Position numbers and translations under genes: made by a program. The notes beneath the pieces are model-generated. The model worked only from the letters and a program-made list of their open reading frames with translations, made no database searches and was not told where the DNA came from. A stretch of DNA of 64,000 nt from Lama guanicoe (lineage: Eukaryota), in the NCBI GenBank assembly GCA_013239625.1, contig MU054220.1, positions 5,564,626 through 5,628,625 of the forward strand. Reading direction: 5' to 3'. Below, piece after piece: positions 51,104-64,000 of the stretch (position 1 is the first letter of the stretch; each line of letters starts with the position of its first letter).

Positions 51104-52186
51104 AATGTTAAACATTGTCAGGACAGAAGGAATATTTAAAGATGGGGAAAGTATCAGTGTGTTTTTACATAGAGCCAATATGGATTCTTCACAGTTGTAC
51201 CCTTGTGTCAGATAGAAATCACTTTGCTGATTTTGAGAAACTGCTGACCAACATGGCAGAGGATTTATTCCATAGAGTTCAGTGGTATTGAGAGGTGTTT
51301 TATTGAAAAAGAATACTAAGAAAATCAAAGAAACAATAACTGGGATTAGCTGAAGATGTACATGTTTCACATAGGGTTTAAAAAAGAGATGCTTATTTTT
51401 TAATTATGAAAATAATGAATTCATATTATAGAAACTTTAGAAAATTTGTCTATTTCTTTATGTTAATGATTCAGAGCCCTTCAGCATAAAACGGTCAACT
51501 CCACTTTCCAGAGTAGCAGGGTCAAGGGTGGCTTGGATGGGGTTAGTCCTCCTATAATCTCAGTCGCGCTTCATCTGTTCTTTATATGAAAAATCAGTGT
51601 TTTCTCCGTGTTCAGGGCCATACAGAGTTTCTCCCATAACGATCATATTACTCCTCCTTTATCCTTCTGCTTATATATTATGTTCACGGTTTTTAGTTGT
51701 AATGAGCAAGAGAGGAATAGGGAAAAGTATATAAACTCTATCTTACTGGAAGTTGGAAGTTACAGAATTTTTTTAAATAGTTTTGATGGTTACCCAACAT
51801 TCCATTATATGATTTACCATAGCTAGTAAACTGTTCTTTATTTGCCTTACCATTTGGCTATTTCGTATCCTTCCCTTTCATGATGACGTTCCTTTTACAA
51901 ATATCAATGGGTAACATAACGTTTCTCACGGCCATCCTTAGCCCCTTTCTAATGAATAACTGGTGGTTTTCCTTGGCTTAAGTAAGCAACTGCCAGGATA
52001 GTGCTGTTTTTGTGATCCTAAAAAGTTCATTAAATATTTAGCTCACATATTGTGAGACGCCTAAGATTTCACTTAGCTTCATGACATTAGTGCCTATTAA
52101 AAAATACATACCTTCTGTCAGAGTACATATCAGAATGTTATCAGCATTTGCATTTTTATGAAAAGAGGTCTTGATATGTTTAGACC

Positions 52187-52395
52187 AGCTCCATCCAACA
52201 GAACTTTCTATTGTAATAGGAATGTTTTTTTCTGCTTTGTCCAGTATGGTAGCCATTAGTGACATGTGGGTGTTGATCACTTGAAATGTGGCTAGTGAGA
52301 ACTAAGAAGATACAGTTTTACATTTTATTTACTCTTAATTAATTTAAATTCACATAGTCACAAATAGCCAGGGGGCACCACACTGGACAGCAGAA
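52187..52395. mobile_element. MER3 (hAT-Charlie)
   Basis: tccaacagaactttc...gtccagtatggtagccattagtgacatgtgg...cacttgaaatgtggctagtg...ctggacagc. Confidence 0.85.
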
Positions 52396-52729
52396 CTATA
52401 AGATATCTGAGAAGCAGGTGAGACTTGGGATGGAGGGGAGTCTGTTGTCCTCTATCACAATTTTGACTTTGGCACATCTGAAATACCTATTTTTCATTCT
52501 GGATATGGCCCTGTCATTAAGGAGTGTGTTCACGACAACAGAGACACTGAGGAATTATCCTTTGAGCTAGTGTTTTAAAAGAAGTCTCAGTTTAAGTTCT
52601 GAATTACTCTCAAGCCTCAGAAAAGCACTCTTGCTCTTCACTGGAGGCATTGGAGGCATCCATCCTTCATGGAGCCCAAGTCCTGCAGGATCTTAATAGC
52701 AGTTTCATCATCATCACTATCATCATATT

Positions 52730-53240
52730 AATAACAATAGCAGCAGCACAAGCAGCTAACGTTTGCTTAGTGAGAGCCATGCGCCATAATCTGTGTATGC
52801 ACTGCCTTGTTTAATACAAGAATCCTCTGAGGTTGGTGCAGTTATTACTTGAGAGAATATAAAACAAAAATACTAAAGAATTAAGCCTCTTAACCAAATT
52901 CACACAGCCAGAAAAAGTGAGAGGACTGGGGTCCACACTCCTCGTTTTACCCCTCGCACTCCTGCTCCGGGGTGCCTGCCCACCGTCAGCATCATGCAGC
53001 CTGCGTCTAAAGGGAAAAATCAAAGCAGAGGGCCAGAGGATGCTCTCAAAAGCGTGTTTTTTAGAGTCAAAGCAGACCTCAAATTACCACTAATTCTGTT
53101 ACTATCTAATTTTGTTGCATTAACGATTTAATTTCTCTGGGCCTCGACTACATCATCTTGAAAATGGGCATAATAATCCCTGCCCCACAGCATATTTTGG
53201 AGGGTTAGACAAGGTCACATAAGTGAAAGTTGTTCATGCA
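52730..53240. mobile_element. two MIRs (- then +)
   Basis: ccaaattcacacagccag; ttaatttctctgggcctcgactacatcatcttgaaaatgggcataataatcc. Confidence 0.7.
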
Positions 53241-54569
53241 TTACAAAGAAAAATTGCGTGTTTTGTTTCTGCTGTTACTACTATTGTTGGGTTTAATACG
53301 TAGCCAGATGCACAGATTGTGTAGGTATCTCCACTGCCATTGCTCAACATGATATCTTGGTTTTGCTCGTTTGTTTTCAATTTTAATCTGTCCATGGTAC
53401 ACACTAGGGCTAATAATGTAGTTTAGTTTCTGCAGTACCTCAGCCTCCAGGTTGTACACAATTCTCTTTTCTTTATGGAATTTCCACCTCCTGGTTCATG
53501 TTATGCTTCACCATCTTATTATATCACCTGGAGATAAGAAGTGGGCAAGTAAGGATGTCTAGAGATGAGAAAATTAAGGATATGTTTACTCAGGGCAGTC
53601 TGAGTCAGTAGCATGACAAAGAGCTTGGGTTGAAATGGAAAGATACCCTTGAAGATGTGCAAGATAGAACTCATAGAAGGTAGGGGGTGTGAGAGTGAAG
53701 GAAGCAGGAGGATCTGCAGCTGAATAGAAGGTAGACCCAACAAGGTGTGAGGGTTCCAGGCAGTGAAGGGCGAAGGCAGCAGCAGTGGTACCCCCTGGGC
53801 AGTCCCTTTTCCCGTGGGTGGTGTCTGGGTGCAAGGATGGAAGGACTGTGTTTAGAATGGCTTTCAGTGAAATTTGCTGGGCCTGACTGGTTCCTGATAG
53901 CAGCTTAAAAGGAGGCTATTAGAATTTTAAGAGAAAACAAGCTTCAAGGTAAAACAATGAAATGTATCAGCAACAGGAAGCACATATATCATTCGAGGTC
54001 TGGATTTCCATCAGTCCTGAAATTCCACCCCTGGGTGGTCTGCTGCATGGGTGCCAGCTCTTAGTATGCAGGGGCTCTGAATTTCCAAGTAAACGTTGAG
54101 TGTACCTGGATGCTCAAGCAGAAAATTGAAATACCTTTGGGTCCAGTTAGAACCCTTCCTGCTTTTCAGCTGCCTTACTTTTGCTGAAACAGACTCAGAA
54201 TCTTAGAGTTTGCCTATCTGGCCAGCTACATTCAGGCTAAAGAACTTTGAATCTGATTCCTTGTGAGCTTGAGCTGAACTCATTCTCCGAAGTCCGCCCG
54301 AATGTGAGAGCTGAGAGCATCACAGGATGCGAATGGCTTCCTCACTTTTATTATGTTCATTAGAAGATTCTATAAGTCACTGGAGCATCCAAATTAGCTT
54401 TTAATGATAAACTCCAATAACAAAACCTAAAAGAGTGGGTGGAAAGGAATGGAAAGAAACCACAGGATTCCTGCCTGACATCTCTACATAGTCAATCATT
54501 TACTGGTGCTTGAAGAGGGAAGAGCTCTGTGTGGGAACAAAACAGAAGGTGGGCGGGCACGTATCTGGA

Positions 54570-54790
54570 GTACATGAGCTGAAGTTAGAAAGACTGGTTT
54601 GCATCCATGTGTACAGTCTGCATGACCCTGGGCAAGTACGTGACTGTATTTGCCTCTATTTCTTTAGGTATAAAACGGAAGTATAACATGAAGTGCTTTT
54701 GAAACTCTTCATTGTGCTAAATGTATATAAAGTATTTAACACATTTTCTAGCACTTAATGTGTACCTAGTACATGTTATTGATTATTGTT
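54570..54790 (+). mobile_element. MIR SINE
   Basis: catgaccctgggcaagtacgtgac...gcctctatttctttaggtataaaacgg. Confidence 0.65.
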
Positions 54791-55917
54791 ATTCCTGATT
54801 TTTTTTCAAGTTTACGCTAATTCATCATCTTGACCCCCGCCCCACTTTCTCCCCTACTACTTGCCTCCACCACTGTGTAATATCTAATCATGACAAATGC
54901 ATACTGGATCCTTATCCATCGTGAGAAACATCCCAGTACCAGGGGTCAAATCAGTGAATGATTAGGGTATGATAGAAATCTTAGCTCATTCCTCATCTGA
55001 TTAAAATTCACATTTTGGGGTGGTATCTTAAGACCAGAAGTCTGTGAAACGTGGATCATGGCTTTCATCAGTGGAAGGAATTTGTGTAAACCAGGCCAGC
55101 CAACAGACTCCTGAGTCTGCTCAGTCAAACTGCATAGTGACTCATCTCCTTCTTCTCTGAAGACCTGCTCCTCTCTAGGAAATTAAGACCCGCCAAGTTT
55201 TATTTTAAACATATTTTTCTCCTTCCTTTTCAATAAGATATTTTCTGGTTCTCATTATTTCAGTTCTGCCATTTAGTTAACATGAGACAAAACTCAAAAA
55301 GAGGAATGTCATTTTAAAGTTTTCCGAGGTTGTCCACAAAAGGCCTGGAAGTCAGCCGCCATTCAGAAATATCTGTTCCTCCTTCCTTCCCTTTGGTGGG
55401 TCGCTGTGGGTCTCATAAGGAAGAACATGGGTCTTTAAAGTCAGAGAGAACCAGGTTCCAGTCTTACCACTCAGAAACCATGTGGCCCTGAGCAGATCGC
55501 ATAATCTTCTATGTTTAGTGTTCTCATCTGCAAATGCAAACTTTTACCTAAGTGCTGCATTAAGGGAAGCCTGTCATGGGTAACACAATGATTCTCACCT
55601 CTCATGCACCCAAATATTTGTATTTTCTAGAAGCTCTCCAGGTGTCTACTCAGGTTTGAGAACTTGTGTATTAGATGTAAATCACATCAATTCTTTTTCC
55701 TTTATTTCTATTTAGACTGAAAAGAATCTAATATTCTAATTCACACTAAGGGATAATTTATTTAAATATTAAAAAAATATTACTTCAGAATTAGAATATG
55801 CCTTAAAAGACCCTGGTTCAAAATCCTCCTTGATTTATGTTTTGCTTTTACAATGTTCTTAACAAGTGGTCATTCAGCTTTTCTTTAAGTGCTTTTAGCG
55901 ATCAAAAATCTACTGCT

Positions 55918-56131
55918 TCATTAGGGGTAGGGCATTAACAGATACAAACTACTATATGTAAAATAGATAAGCAACAAGAATATACTGTAGAGCTGTATAG
56001 CACAGGGGATTATATCCATTATCTTGTAATAACCTATAATGGAGTATAATCTGCAAATACACTGAATCACAGTGCTGTACACGTGAAACTAACACAATAT
56101 TGTAAATCAACTATCTTTCAATTTAAAAAAA
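55918..56131 (+). mobile_element. 5'-truncated cetartiodactyl-type L1 3' end with TSD
   Basis: acagatacaaactactatatgtaaaatagataagcaacaag...aactaacacaatattgtaaatcaactat; TSD aaaaatctactgct (55904-55917) / aaaaacctacagct (56127-56140). Confidence 0.88.
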
Positions 56132-56468
56132 CCTACAGCTGTGTTAGAATTATTTTTATTTTGTTTCTGTTTTGTAATTTGATCAGAGCTCCTTCCTTTT
56201 TACAGCCACTCAGAAAAAGTTGAACCTTTCTACAGGTAAATTTTTACATATTTGAAGGTGGCTATAAGGTCCCTTTGAGTCATTTTTTTTGTCCATGGTT
56301 AATAATCAAAAATGATTTCCAAACTGACTGATAATCAGAACTCTTAGGAAATTTTGAAACATACAGTTTTCTGTTCCTTTTGGGTTAGAATCGCCACATT
56401 GGCCTTGGAGTCAATCATTTTAAACAAGTTCTTCAGGTAGTTCTGTGAGTACAAGAATCTTTGCTTTC

Positions 56469-56686
56469 CAGTTGGTTCTCAACTAGAGGCAATTTTGTCC
56501 CCCAGGGTCCATTCGGCAAATGTCCAAAGACATTTTTGGTTGTTATAACTGGGGAGGAGTGTGCCATTGGCATCTAATAAGTAGAGGCCAGGGATGCTGC
56601 TAAGCATTTAAAAATGCACAGGACAGCTCTCACAACAAAGAATTATCCAGTCCAAAATGTCAACGGTGCTGAGGTTAAGAAACCCT
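56469..56686. mobile_element. MER20 (hAT-Charlie), near full length
   Basis: ggttctcaac...caattttgtcccccaggg...gacatttttggttgt...gtagaggccagggatgctgctaag...caacaaagaattatccagtccaaaatgtcaac...aagaaaccct. Confidence 0.92.
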
Positions 56687-57340
56687 TATTCCATTCTAAT
56701 AAGACATAGTTTTGAGTCTTTTCACATCATGGCTGACCTCTTACCCACTCTGTAAATGTCTCCTAAATTTAATGCATAGAAAGGACTGAACACAATAAAG
56801 ACCAGACATTTTATTTTAAAAAGGAGGAGATGAAGAAGCAGTGCATCCCTTTACAGGATGATTCCTTATTAGTAGAACTTCAGGTGTTTTTGAGGGTGCA
56901 AGGAACTGAGAATCCTCTAAATACCTGATTTCAGTTCAACAGGTATTTTCATGGATGCCCATGAAAACTGGAAGGGTTCATTGAATCATCTTGGCAGAAA
57001 ACTTTCTCTCTCCTTCTTTATCTTTTTTATTAGCTCCCCCTGGAGAAAACTGCAAAAGGACTTTTCACATTCAGGCATGAGGATTTCCTTCTTAAAAGTA
57101 TTTAGAATCACACCTTGATGTGAAGAGGTCTTTTGGAATTTAGAGGTCTTTTTTCTCTCTTTACAAAAGCTGATATTCTATAGAATAATTCAATTTAAAA
57201 TAAATTTTAATTTTAATTTAAACATAAAAGTTGAGCAATAGCCTCATTGTTCCAGCCTATCTCTACCCTTTCCTTGAAACATTGAATCCAATGGTGAGAT
57301 TTGTTGGGGGAAATCCAGGTGGTCATTTACTTAAGAGAAA

Positions 57341-57885
57341 TGAAAACTATAGGAGTGAGAGACTCAGCGTACAAACAGATCATGTGTAAAAATAGAACTC
57401 TGACCCACAATCTGGAGCAAGTAGCCCAGGGAATTAACCAACTATCTGCAGTAACTATCCCAGGAAGCCATCCTGCTATAGATTACTCTTTTAGGAAGTC
57501 AGACCACTATCTCTAGAAACAAGCCCAAGGAAGCTAAACAATAACCTTGTAACAACTGGCCTAAAATGGCTGGAACTTGATTAATAACTGACAGCTTCTC
57601 TAACTATTATTCCTCCTTCCAAATTAGGAACAACTAGAAATAGCTAAATATGCACCCTAACTAATCAAGTAGATGCCCCACCTCTAGTTGGCTCACATCT
57701 AGCTACCCTACACCAACAGCCTCCAGAGCATACCTGACGTCTTCCCTTTTTTTCCCCTTATAAAGCCCTCCCACTCCTCTGGCTGCCTTTGAGCCTCTGC
57801 CAAATGCAAGTGATGGTGGCTGACTCCCCCTGATACAGGAAGCTCTGATTAAATAGCTTTTGGTTGGTCTTCCTCTATTTCTATA
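57341..57885 (+). mobile_element. ERV1-class solo LTR (old; subfamily uncertain)
   Basis: aaaatagaactctgacccacaatc, repeated cccaggaagcc units, TATA-like cttataaag at about 57757, ctctgccaaatgcaagtgatggtggctgactcc, attaaa. Confidence 0.7.
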
Positions 57886-57959
57886 GGAGTTTAGTATAAT
57901 AATATTTAAAAATTTTTAATATTAATATATATTATATAATTTAAATAATATTTTAAATA

Positions 57960-58120
57960 AATATCAATGATTTTATTTAATCCTCATCATGACATTAGAG
58001 GAGGATAACAGTGAAACCAGTTAAATAATGAAGAAATGGAGGCTGATAGCAGCTTAGGAACATTAGCCAAAGCCCTATAGTCAGTCAATAGCTGTGCTAG
58101 AATTTGAACTCAGGACGTGA
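57960..58120 (-). mobile_element. MIR SINE
   Basis: atttaatcctcatc...aatgaagaaatggaggctg...gctagaatttgaactcagg. Confidence 0.65.
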
Positions 58121-60888
58121 GGCCGCTTCCCTCCCCGCAGATACCTATCTTACACACTTGGTTCCCTAGCTTCTAACTTCTGTTTTTATATCACATTTGC
58201 AGCTCTATACGTTTTGAGGCTTGGCTGTACATCCTCTCTAATGATCTTGGATTCTTTGCCCCAACTCAGTTCCCACCATGCCAAAGTAATGCCACAGCCC
58301 AAGCCTGCTTCCTGTGACCCTGGGTAACCATATCCTGTCCCCTAGGACAGATGGGGTGGGTGTTTACAGGTCTGCTTCACTCCAAGGGAGAGAAGGAATA
58401 TGTGTGTGTGCGTGCGCACATGTGCACGTGTGTGAGTGTCCGTGTGGCTGTGTTTATTCTTTGGTTAGTTCAGGACATCTGGGAAGAGATGGTTCACTCA
58501 ATAAACTATTACCCAGTTGCCTGAAGTTCTGGTATGAGCTATGCCAAGCACGCATTTCACAACTGCACTTCAATCACTCTCCACCCACAACAGTTTTGTT
58601 GAGCTCTTTTTCCTGCCACATTAAAATTACTAAATGAAATGTGCACTTGGGAAGCTTGATATGGGACAGAAAAGAAATGAACAGAACTGAGTTTCAGAAA
58701 GGAAGGGTGAGAGACCTTGACAGCCAGCAGTGAGAGTGAATCAAAGTGGAAGTCAAAGCTGAGAAGTCAAAGAAATAGGCAAAGGGGCCCGGGAAGATGG
58801 AAAGACTTTAACAGAATGACTCCAAGCTGTGGCTCATGAGAGGAAATTTCCTTTTCATGCTCTGTAATGATATGGAAATGGATCTGTTTAGTGAGACTCA
58901 TGCTGAGGAAGAGAAAGGAAATGGGGAACTTTCTGAAAGATCACGAGTCCTTCAGCTTATAGTCAGCATGAAAGTGTTCCCTAAACTCATTACAATGCAG
59001 CAGTCTTGCCCTTTAAGATTCTTTTTTCAGTGCTGATGGCTAAACTTGACCTTTTATGTAAGCATATGTGAAACTGCTAGGACTCAGCCGCTATTGACTA
59101 GAGGAATGACAGAGATGGGATAAAAAAAATAGATGTACCTTTAATCATTTTGCATTTTACAATCTCATACAATAAACATTATAATCAATCCTCAGAAAAA
59201 GCACACCCTGGAAAGAGCGACTGCATTAAGGAGTAAATACCACTGGTTTTATTAGACTCCAACTCTTGTTACAACCTGGTTCTAGAATCAGTCTCAAAGA
59301 CAAGACTTTGCAAAGTACCAACTGGTTGTGTCTGCTAAAGAAACTCGGCTGCTCTGATGGAATTCAGATGCTGTAGTGCTGTCTCTGGGAATTTTCTTTC
59401 ATACCAGATCAGCAGAATTAAGAAGGAAGGGCAACCTTATGGTAATTAAAACAGAAGTTCAAAACAGCAATTGCCCTGCTGTTGAAGGTTTGCCTTCTCT
59501 GTTTTGACCTAGATCCACGTTTCTTACCATTTAAAGAGTAGTTTGTCAAGGCTACTGCCATATAGAAAAGTTATGAAGTTGAGATCTCATCCAGGAGAGC
59601 ATATTGAGACCAAGAATGCTTTGAATACTACAAATGACTCTCTTGGAACACAGATAAAGGAGAAGTCAACTTTGAAATCATAGAAAGGTTCCCATGGCAT
59701 TCAGCAATAGTAGTAATAATTGCCATTTATTGAACACTCACGATAGGCCAGGAACTAGAACAGACACCTCTGGTCATTATTTAGATTGATGTCTGTGTGA
59801 ATGAATCTGATAAATCATCATTTAGGAGCACATACCTACTGCTTTGAAATCTCAGATTATGAATAGAGATTAGTGAGCTGGCCGATAGAACCAAGAAGCT
59901 GCACAACCAGAAATACAATGAAAAGAATACAATTTGAAACCTGGAGACTTGGGTTCTAAACTGTTCCAACTCTTCCACAAGTCATGTTTTCCCTTGTTCA
60001 CCTGGTTTACTTTAGAGAGGTAAGGAGAAGATCATGTGAATGAGAATAGGTAAAAATGTTTTCAAAACTTGAAGGCTAAAGAAATATAAGGGTGATACTA
60101 ACTTTTAAGATACTAATTTAGCTAACCTGAATCCTGACTTACTCTTTTCCCTTGGTATATTGCTTATAGCCATTATATGTCTCCAACTATGACTATGGAT
60201 TTGTTATTTTCTTCTTGAACTTCTATCAGTGTTTGCTTACTGTATTTTTAAGTTAAATTATTAATGCCTACTGATCCCTGATTGCTGTATCCGTCTACTC
60301 ACCAAGGTTGCATTCTGTTTATGGGTAACCCTACTCATTGTACCAATTTCTATATATGTTCAGAATTTTTATGATTTTCCTTTGAGGAAATAGGAAACCA
60401 TACTATTTTAAGCAGCAGCAGCAATAATAACAACAAATGGAAGACTAAAGGTAGCTCGCCGGATCAAGGGGACACTCTAAAGTACCATGCTTGGGAAAGC
60501 TTAGGGTAAAGGTGCTAGAGAAGATTTAAGTGTTAGGAGTTATAGGGGTGCCAACATCCAGAGATACAAAGATGAAATGATTTTCATCTTTGTGCCACTC
60601 TTCTTATGACTTAAATTCTAAGGGAAAGCATTTTACTGGCCGAGATTAAGTAAAATATCCACCTGTTAGCCAAAAAAAAGTAAAAGGGTCTTTGATTGAC
60701 TGTTCCAGAATACTATATCCAAAGGGAGAAAAGTGAATTCTTAAAGAAAAAAATCAATTTTCTGTTAACAAAAGGAAAAGTGGATATTGTAGAGGCCAAA
60801 ATCAACAGAACTCTGCAACTACTAAAACACAAATACCTGCCAAAGATTATAATCTTAGCATGTAAATCATGTAAGATCCCAAACATGA

Positions 60889-61310
60889 TATATTAGTCAG
60901 CCTGGGCTTCTGCAACAAGATACCATCACCTGGGTCACTTAAACAGCAAAGACTACCCCCCCCCCCGAGGTTGGGAACTCCAAGATGAAGGTCCCAGCTG
61001 ATCTGGTTTCTGGTAAGGACTTTCTTCCCAGCTTGGAGAGGGTTGCCTTATCCTCACATGGCCTTTCCTGTGAGGGTGCATGGTGGCTGGGGGCAGGGAA
61101 GAAACAGAGAGAGGGAGAAAGAGGGAGAAAGAGAGAGAGAACGAGGTCTTCTTCTTATAAGGGCACCAGTCCTATTGGATTAGGGCTGCATCCTTACAAC
61201 CTTACTTAAACTTAATTACTTCCTAAAGACTCTATTTCTAAATAATTCATACTAGGGGTAGGGCTTCATCATATGAATTTGAGTTGGAGAGGATACAATT
61301 CAGCACATGA
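60889..61310 (-). mobile_element. MLT1A-type MaLR LTR
   Basis: tccaagatgaaggtcccagctgatctggtttctggtaagg...cttcttataagggcaccagtcctattggattagggc...agggcttcatcatatgaatttt. Confidence 0.88.
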
Positions 61311-61607
61311 ATTTTAGCTTTTGGAAGGAAAAAGAATAGGCAACTATATTAGACAAGAATGTTATTAAGATTTTCCATGAATCTCTATATCATTTCATTG
61401 TATTGTTAGCTTGCATATAAGCTGTAGGTACTGTAGTAAATTAAAAGTGGGTGCATTTAAAAGAATAGAAACAAAAAGAATTCTGGAAAACATGTGATCA
61501 ACCGCAAACGTCATGATTTTTGAAACTGGTGACTTTCCCTTAATGGATAGTAAAAAAGACAATAAATACATATAAGTATAGAGGAAAATTTTGTTTTTAA
61601 TTTAAAA

Positions 61608-62692
61608 AGTGGATGTAGATTCTTAGCGACTCATCCCTTTGAGAGAGTGTTAGAGCAGGCAGGTAGCTAGATATGAGCAGAGAAAGGGGGACATGGGCCA
61701 AATGGCAGAAAATCATACATCTTGTGAACAACGGGGGTCTTTGGACAGACTAAGAAAAACAGGATCCTCTAGACTGATAATAAACCATACATTCTGGGTT
61801 GACAGGTGACTGGAGGCAAGGAAAGATGGAATAAGACAGGAATCTCCACCATCCAAATGTAGCCTTTTGCTCATTATGACCTCCATCTGAATGTAACCTT
61901 TTGTTTATTAAGATTTTATCCAACTTTCCAATCAAGACTAAGTAAGGACAAAAAAATCCCTCCTTCCACCTGGGAAGGTGGAGCTGGAATGAAGATCAGG
62001 AAAGATGACCCCAAACCCCTCCCTGCCAATGAATATTTTGCCCATTTGTTTTTACACCTATATAACAGCTTGCCAAGGAAACTCAGGTCAGCTACCCACC
62101 TGGGTCGGCTTACTTTTTCGTTGACAGTGTACTCTCTATCCCTTAATAAATCCTTGCTTTGTTTTCTTGACTTTTGTGTCTTGTTTCTGAATTCTTTCTG
62201 CAACAAGACAAGAACCTTCCCACCAATAACAGAAGCATCATTACCCTCTCCTTGAATCTGTGCTGGCCTTAATGACTTGTTTGAATAAAAGAATATGGGG
62301 GAAGTGATATCTTGGAACTCTTAAGATGCAGCTTCTACCAGTCTTTTAGAACACCTGCTCTTGGACTTTCTATGAACGAAGTTCATCTGCACTGAAGCCA
62401 TTCTGTTCTGAGAAGCCCAAACCACAGGAACAGATTCTGAAGGATGAGTCACCATGTGGAGTGAGACAAACTGAGTAGCACTAAGTTGCTGTGTACATGC
62501 ACGAAGAGGCTCTCTTGGGGGTGGAGCCTGCACTTCTGGCTGCCGCCAGCAGTGGCACGTGGCACACAGACAAAGCAGCCAGCCAAGCCTGTCTCAAACC
62601 TCTTACCCACAAAATCATGAGTGAAAACAATGTGTTATTTTTTTAAGCTACTAAGTTTGCGGGTAATTTTTTATGTGACAGTAAGTCAATAC
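61608..62692 (+). mobile_element. MLT1 (G/H-type) MaLR LTR, split by the ERV1 LTR
   Basis: attcttagcgactcatcccttt before the insert; ccttgaatctgtgctggccttaatgacttg...cccacaaaatcatgag...aagctactaagtttgcgggtaatt after it. Confidence 0.8.
61648..62231 (+). mobile_element. well-preserved ERV1-class solo LTR nested in MLT1
   Basis: TGTTAGAG...AATAACA termini; TATATAA at 62059-62065; AATAAA at 62145-62150; ctgaattctttctgcaacaagacaagaacc U5-type end. Confidence 0.85.
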
Positions 62693-64000
62693 AGCACTAA
62701 AGACTTAAGAAAAATATCTGTGAGAAAAAAAAATTGTTAATATTTAATTCCTAAACTTTTTTTTAAAAAAATATAAAATGAGGTTAAGTCTAGAAGAGCT
62801 CTTAAAACAATAGTGTAATGTTAAATCTCTTTTGAGAATTACTGTGTCTTCATGATTTTTAAGGTTCCCTAAGTTTATGGCTGAGCAAAAACTGGGGGAA
62901 AATTTCCCAAGGATATCCAATGACAGAGGAATGAAAAACCAATAGTCTATGGTTGATGAGATAGTTGCCTCAAGGCAGAGGTTTTACTTCCACAAGAGTA
63001 GAGGAACAACAGAAGGAAGCTGGAGGAAAAAACCCAGAGCAATTCTATATTCTGATGAAAGGCCGGTTCCTTCCTTTTCTAATGATGAATTTCTTCAAAG
63101 AGGTGAAACATAAATGCTCTTAGATCTCATTAATGAAAACTCTCCTGGCTTTCAGATGAAAAAAGACTCATCCATAGAACTGTAGCTACCCATGAATTTA
63201 CATCTGGCATGACAACAAAGTTGAAAGTTTCGCTTTATTAAAAAGTAATTAGGAATTACCACCACCCTCCAAATAGGATAATAACAAAAAAAATGCATTT
63301 GCCTCAAACTACAGAAAATGCAGGGGGCTATAAATGTTTTCTTTATTAGGCCTTTCATATGGAATATTTTGGAGAAAACAAACAGTAATTGTAAGATTAT
63401 AAAGAGAAATTAGCATTTTGCTTGAAAGAAATGGCAATTAACAATGATGACAATGTGATTTATACTAATTGAGATTAAGTCAGACAAAATGGCAACATTA
63501 GTAATCATTTGAAGTGCTGTATTACTCATTATACTGTGCTTTGTAAACATCTCTCTTGAAATTAAAAAGTAATTAGTAGCATTTTAGTCATTTAATTCAG
63601 TCTAATTAGGATTTTCAAAAATCTACAGACCTGCTGTTGAAAGCCTTTCTCATTTTGAATTGAGAAAACATATTCCTTAAAAAATTAGCTTCTAGAGCTT
63701 TCTTTCTTGATCTCTAGTCTCCATTAAAAATTAAAGAAGAAAATTGTATAATTAGAAGCAAGAGGTAGGATTTTAATTGAATTGGGCTGAATAAAAAATT
63801 TTCAATCCATCATAATTCATGGCAGGTGCACTTTAATTTTTTTTAGTACAAGTGGAAAACATGTATGTTTTGTCAGTTGCTAAAAAGAAAGGAAATACTT
63901 AACATTTTTTGCTGGTCTAGTCTAGCCCCATCTTCACAGAACATGCATCTAGAGAAAGGGGAAACAAACAAAAAAAAGGCTTTAGCCAGAGTTGTTATTT

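Noticed and set aside
1..64000. CRISPR array, operon or other prokaryote-style novel system; tRNA, rRNA, snRNA or processed pseudogene
   Set aside because: The sequence is mammalian repeat-rich DNA; no regularly spaced repeats and no recognisable structural RNA or mRNA-derived segment were seen. tRNAscan-SE and Infernal would confirm.

Overview
Mammalian, non-coding, repeat-rich genomic DNA (intergenic or deep intronic). I cannot support any protein-coding gene, RNA gene or CRISPR-type system. The only recognisable ORF-track peptides are decayed retroelement fragments: L1 ORF1 at 48148-48339 and the L2 endonuclease N-terminus at 18743-18830. The repeat inventory suggests a cetartiodactyl, most likely a camelid (inference). 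It includes ancient MIR, L2, MER and MLT elements, an internally deleted Tigger1, cetartiodactyl-type L1 3' ends and a MER41-like LTR, with no Alu, B1, Bov-tA, PRE1 or SINEC seen. Best-supported observations: (1) a near-perfect 2,112-bp head-to-tail duplication inside an old, rearranged L1 that itself splits an L2; (2) a CpG-rich unique block at about 9.45-10.1 kb with three ATTAATCA (PBX-HOX-type) sites, which looks like a developmental enhancer; (3) a twin-CCAAT plus TATA promoter-like module at about 39.74-39.81 kb; (4) an L2 retaining its 5' endonuclease region; (5) a 45-bp hairpin at 43361-43405. Repeat subfamily names come from recalled consensus sequences, not from a RepeatMasker run. 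Boundaries of old elements are approximate.
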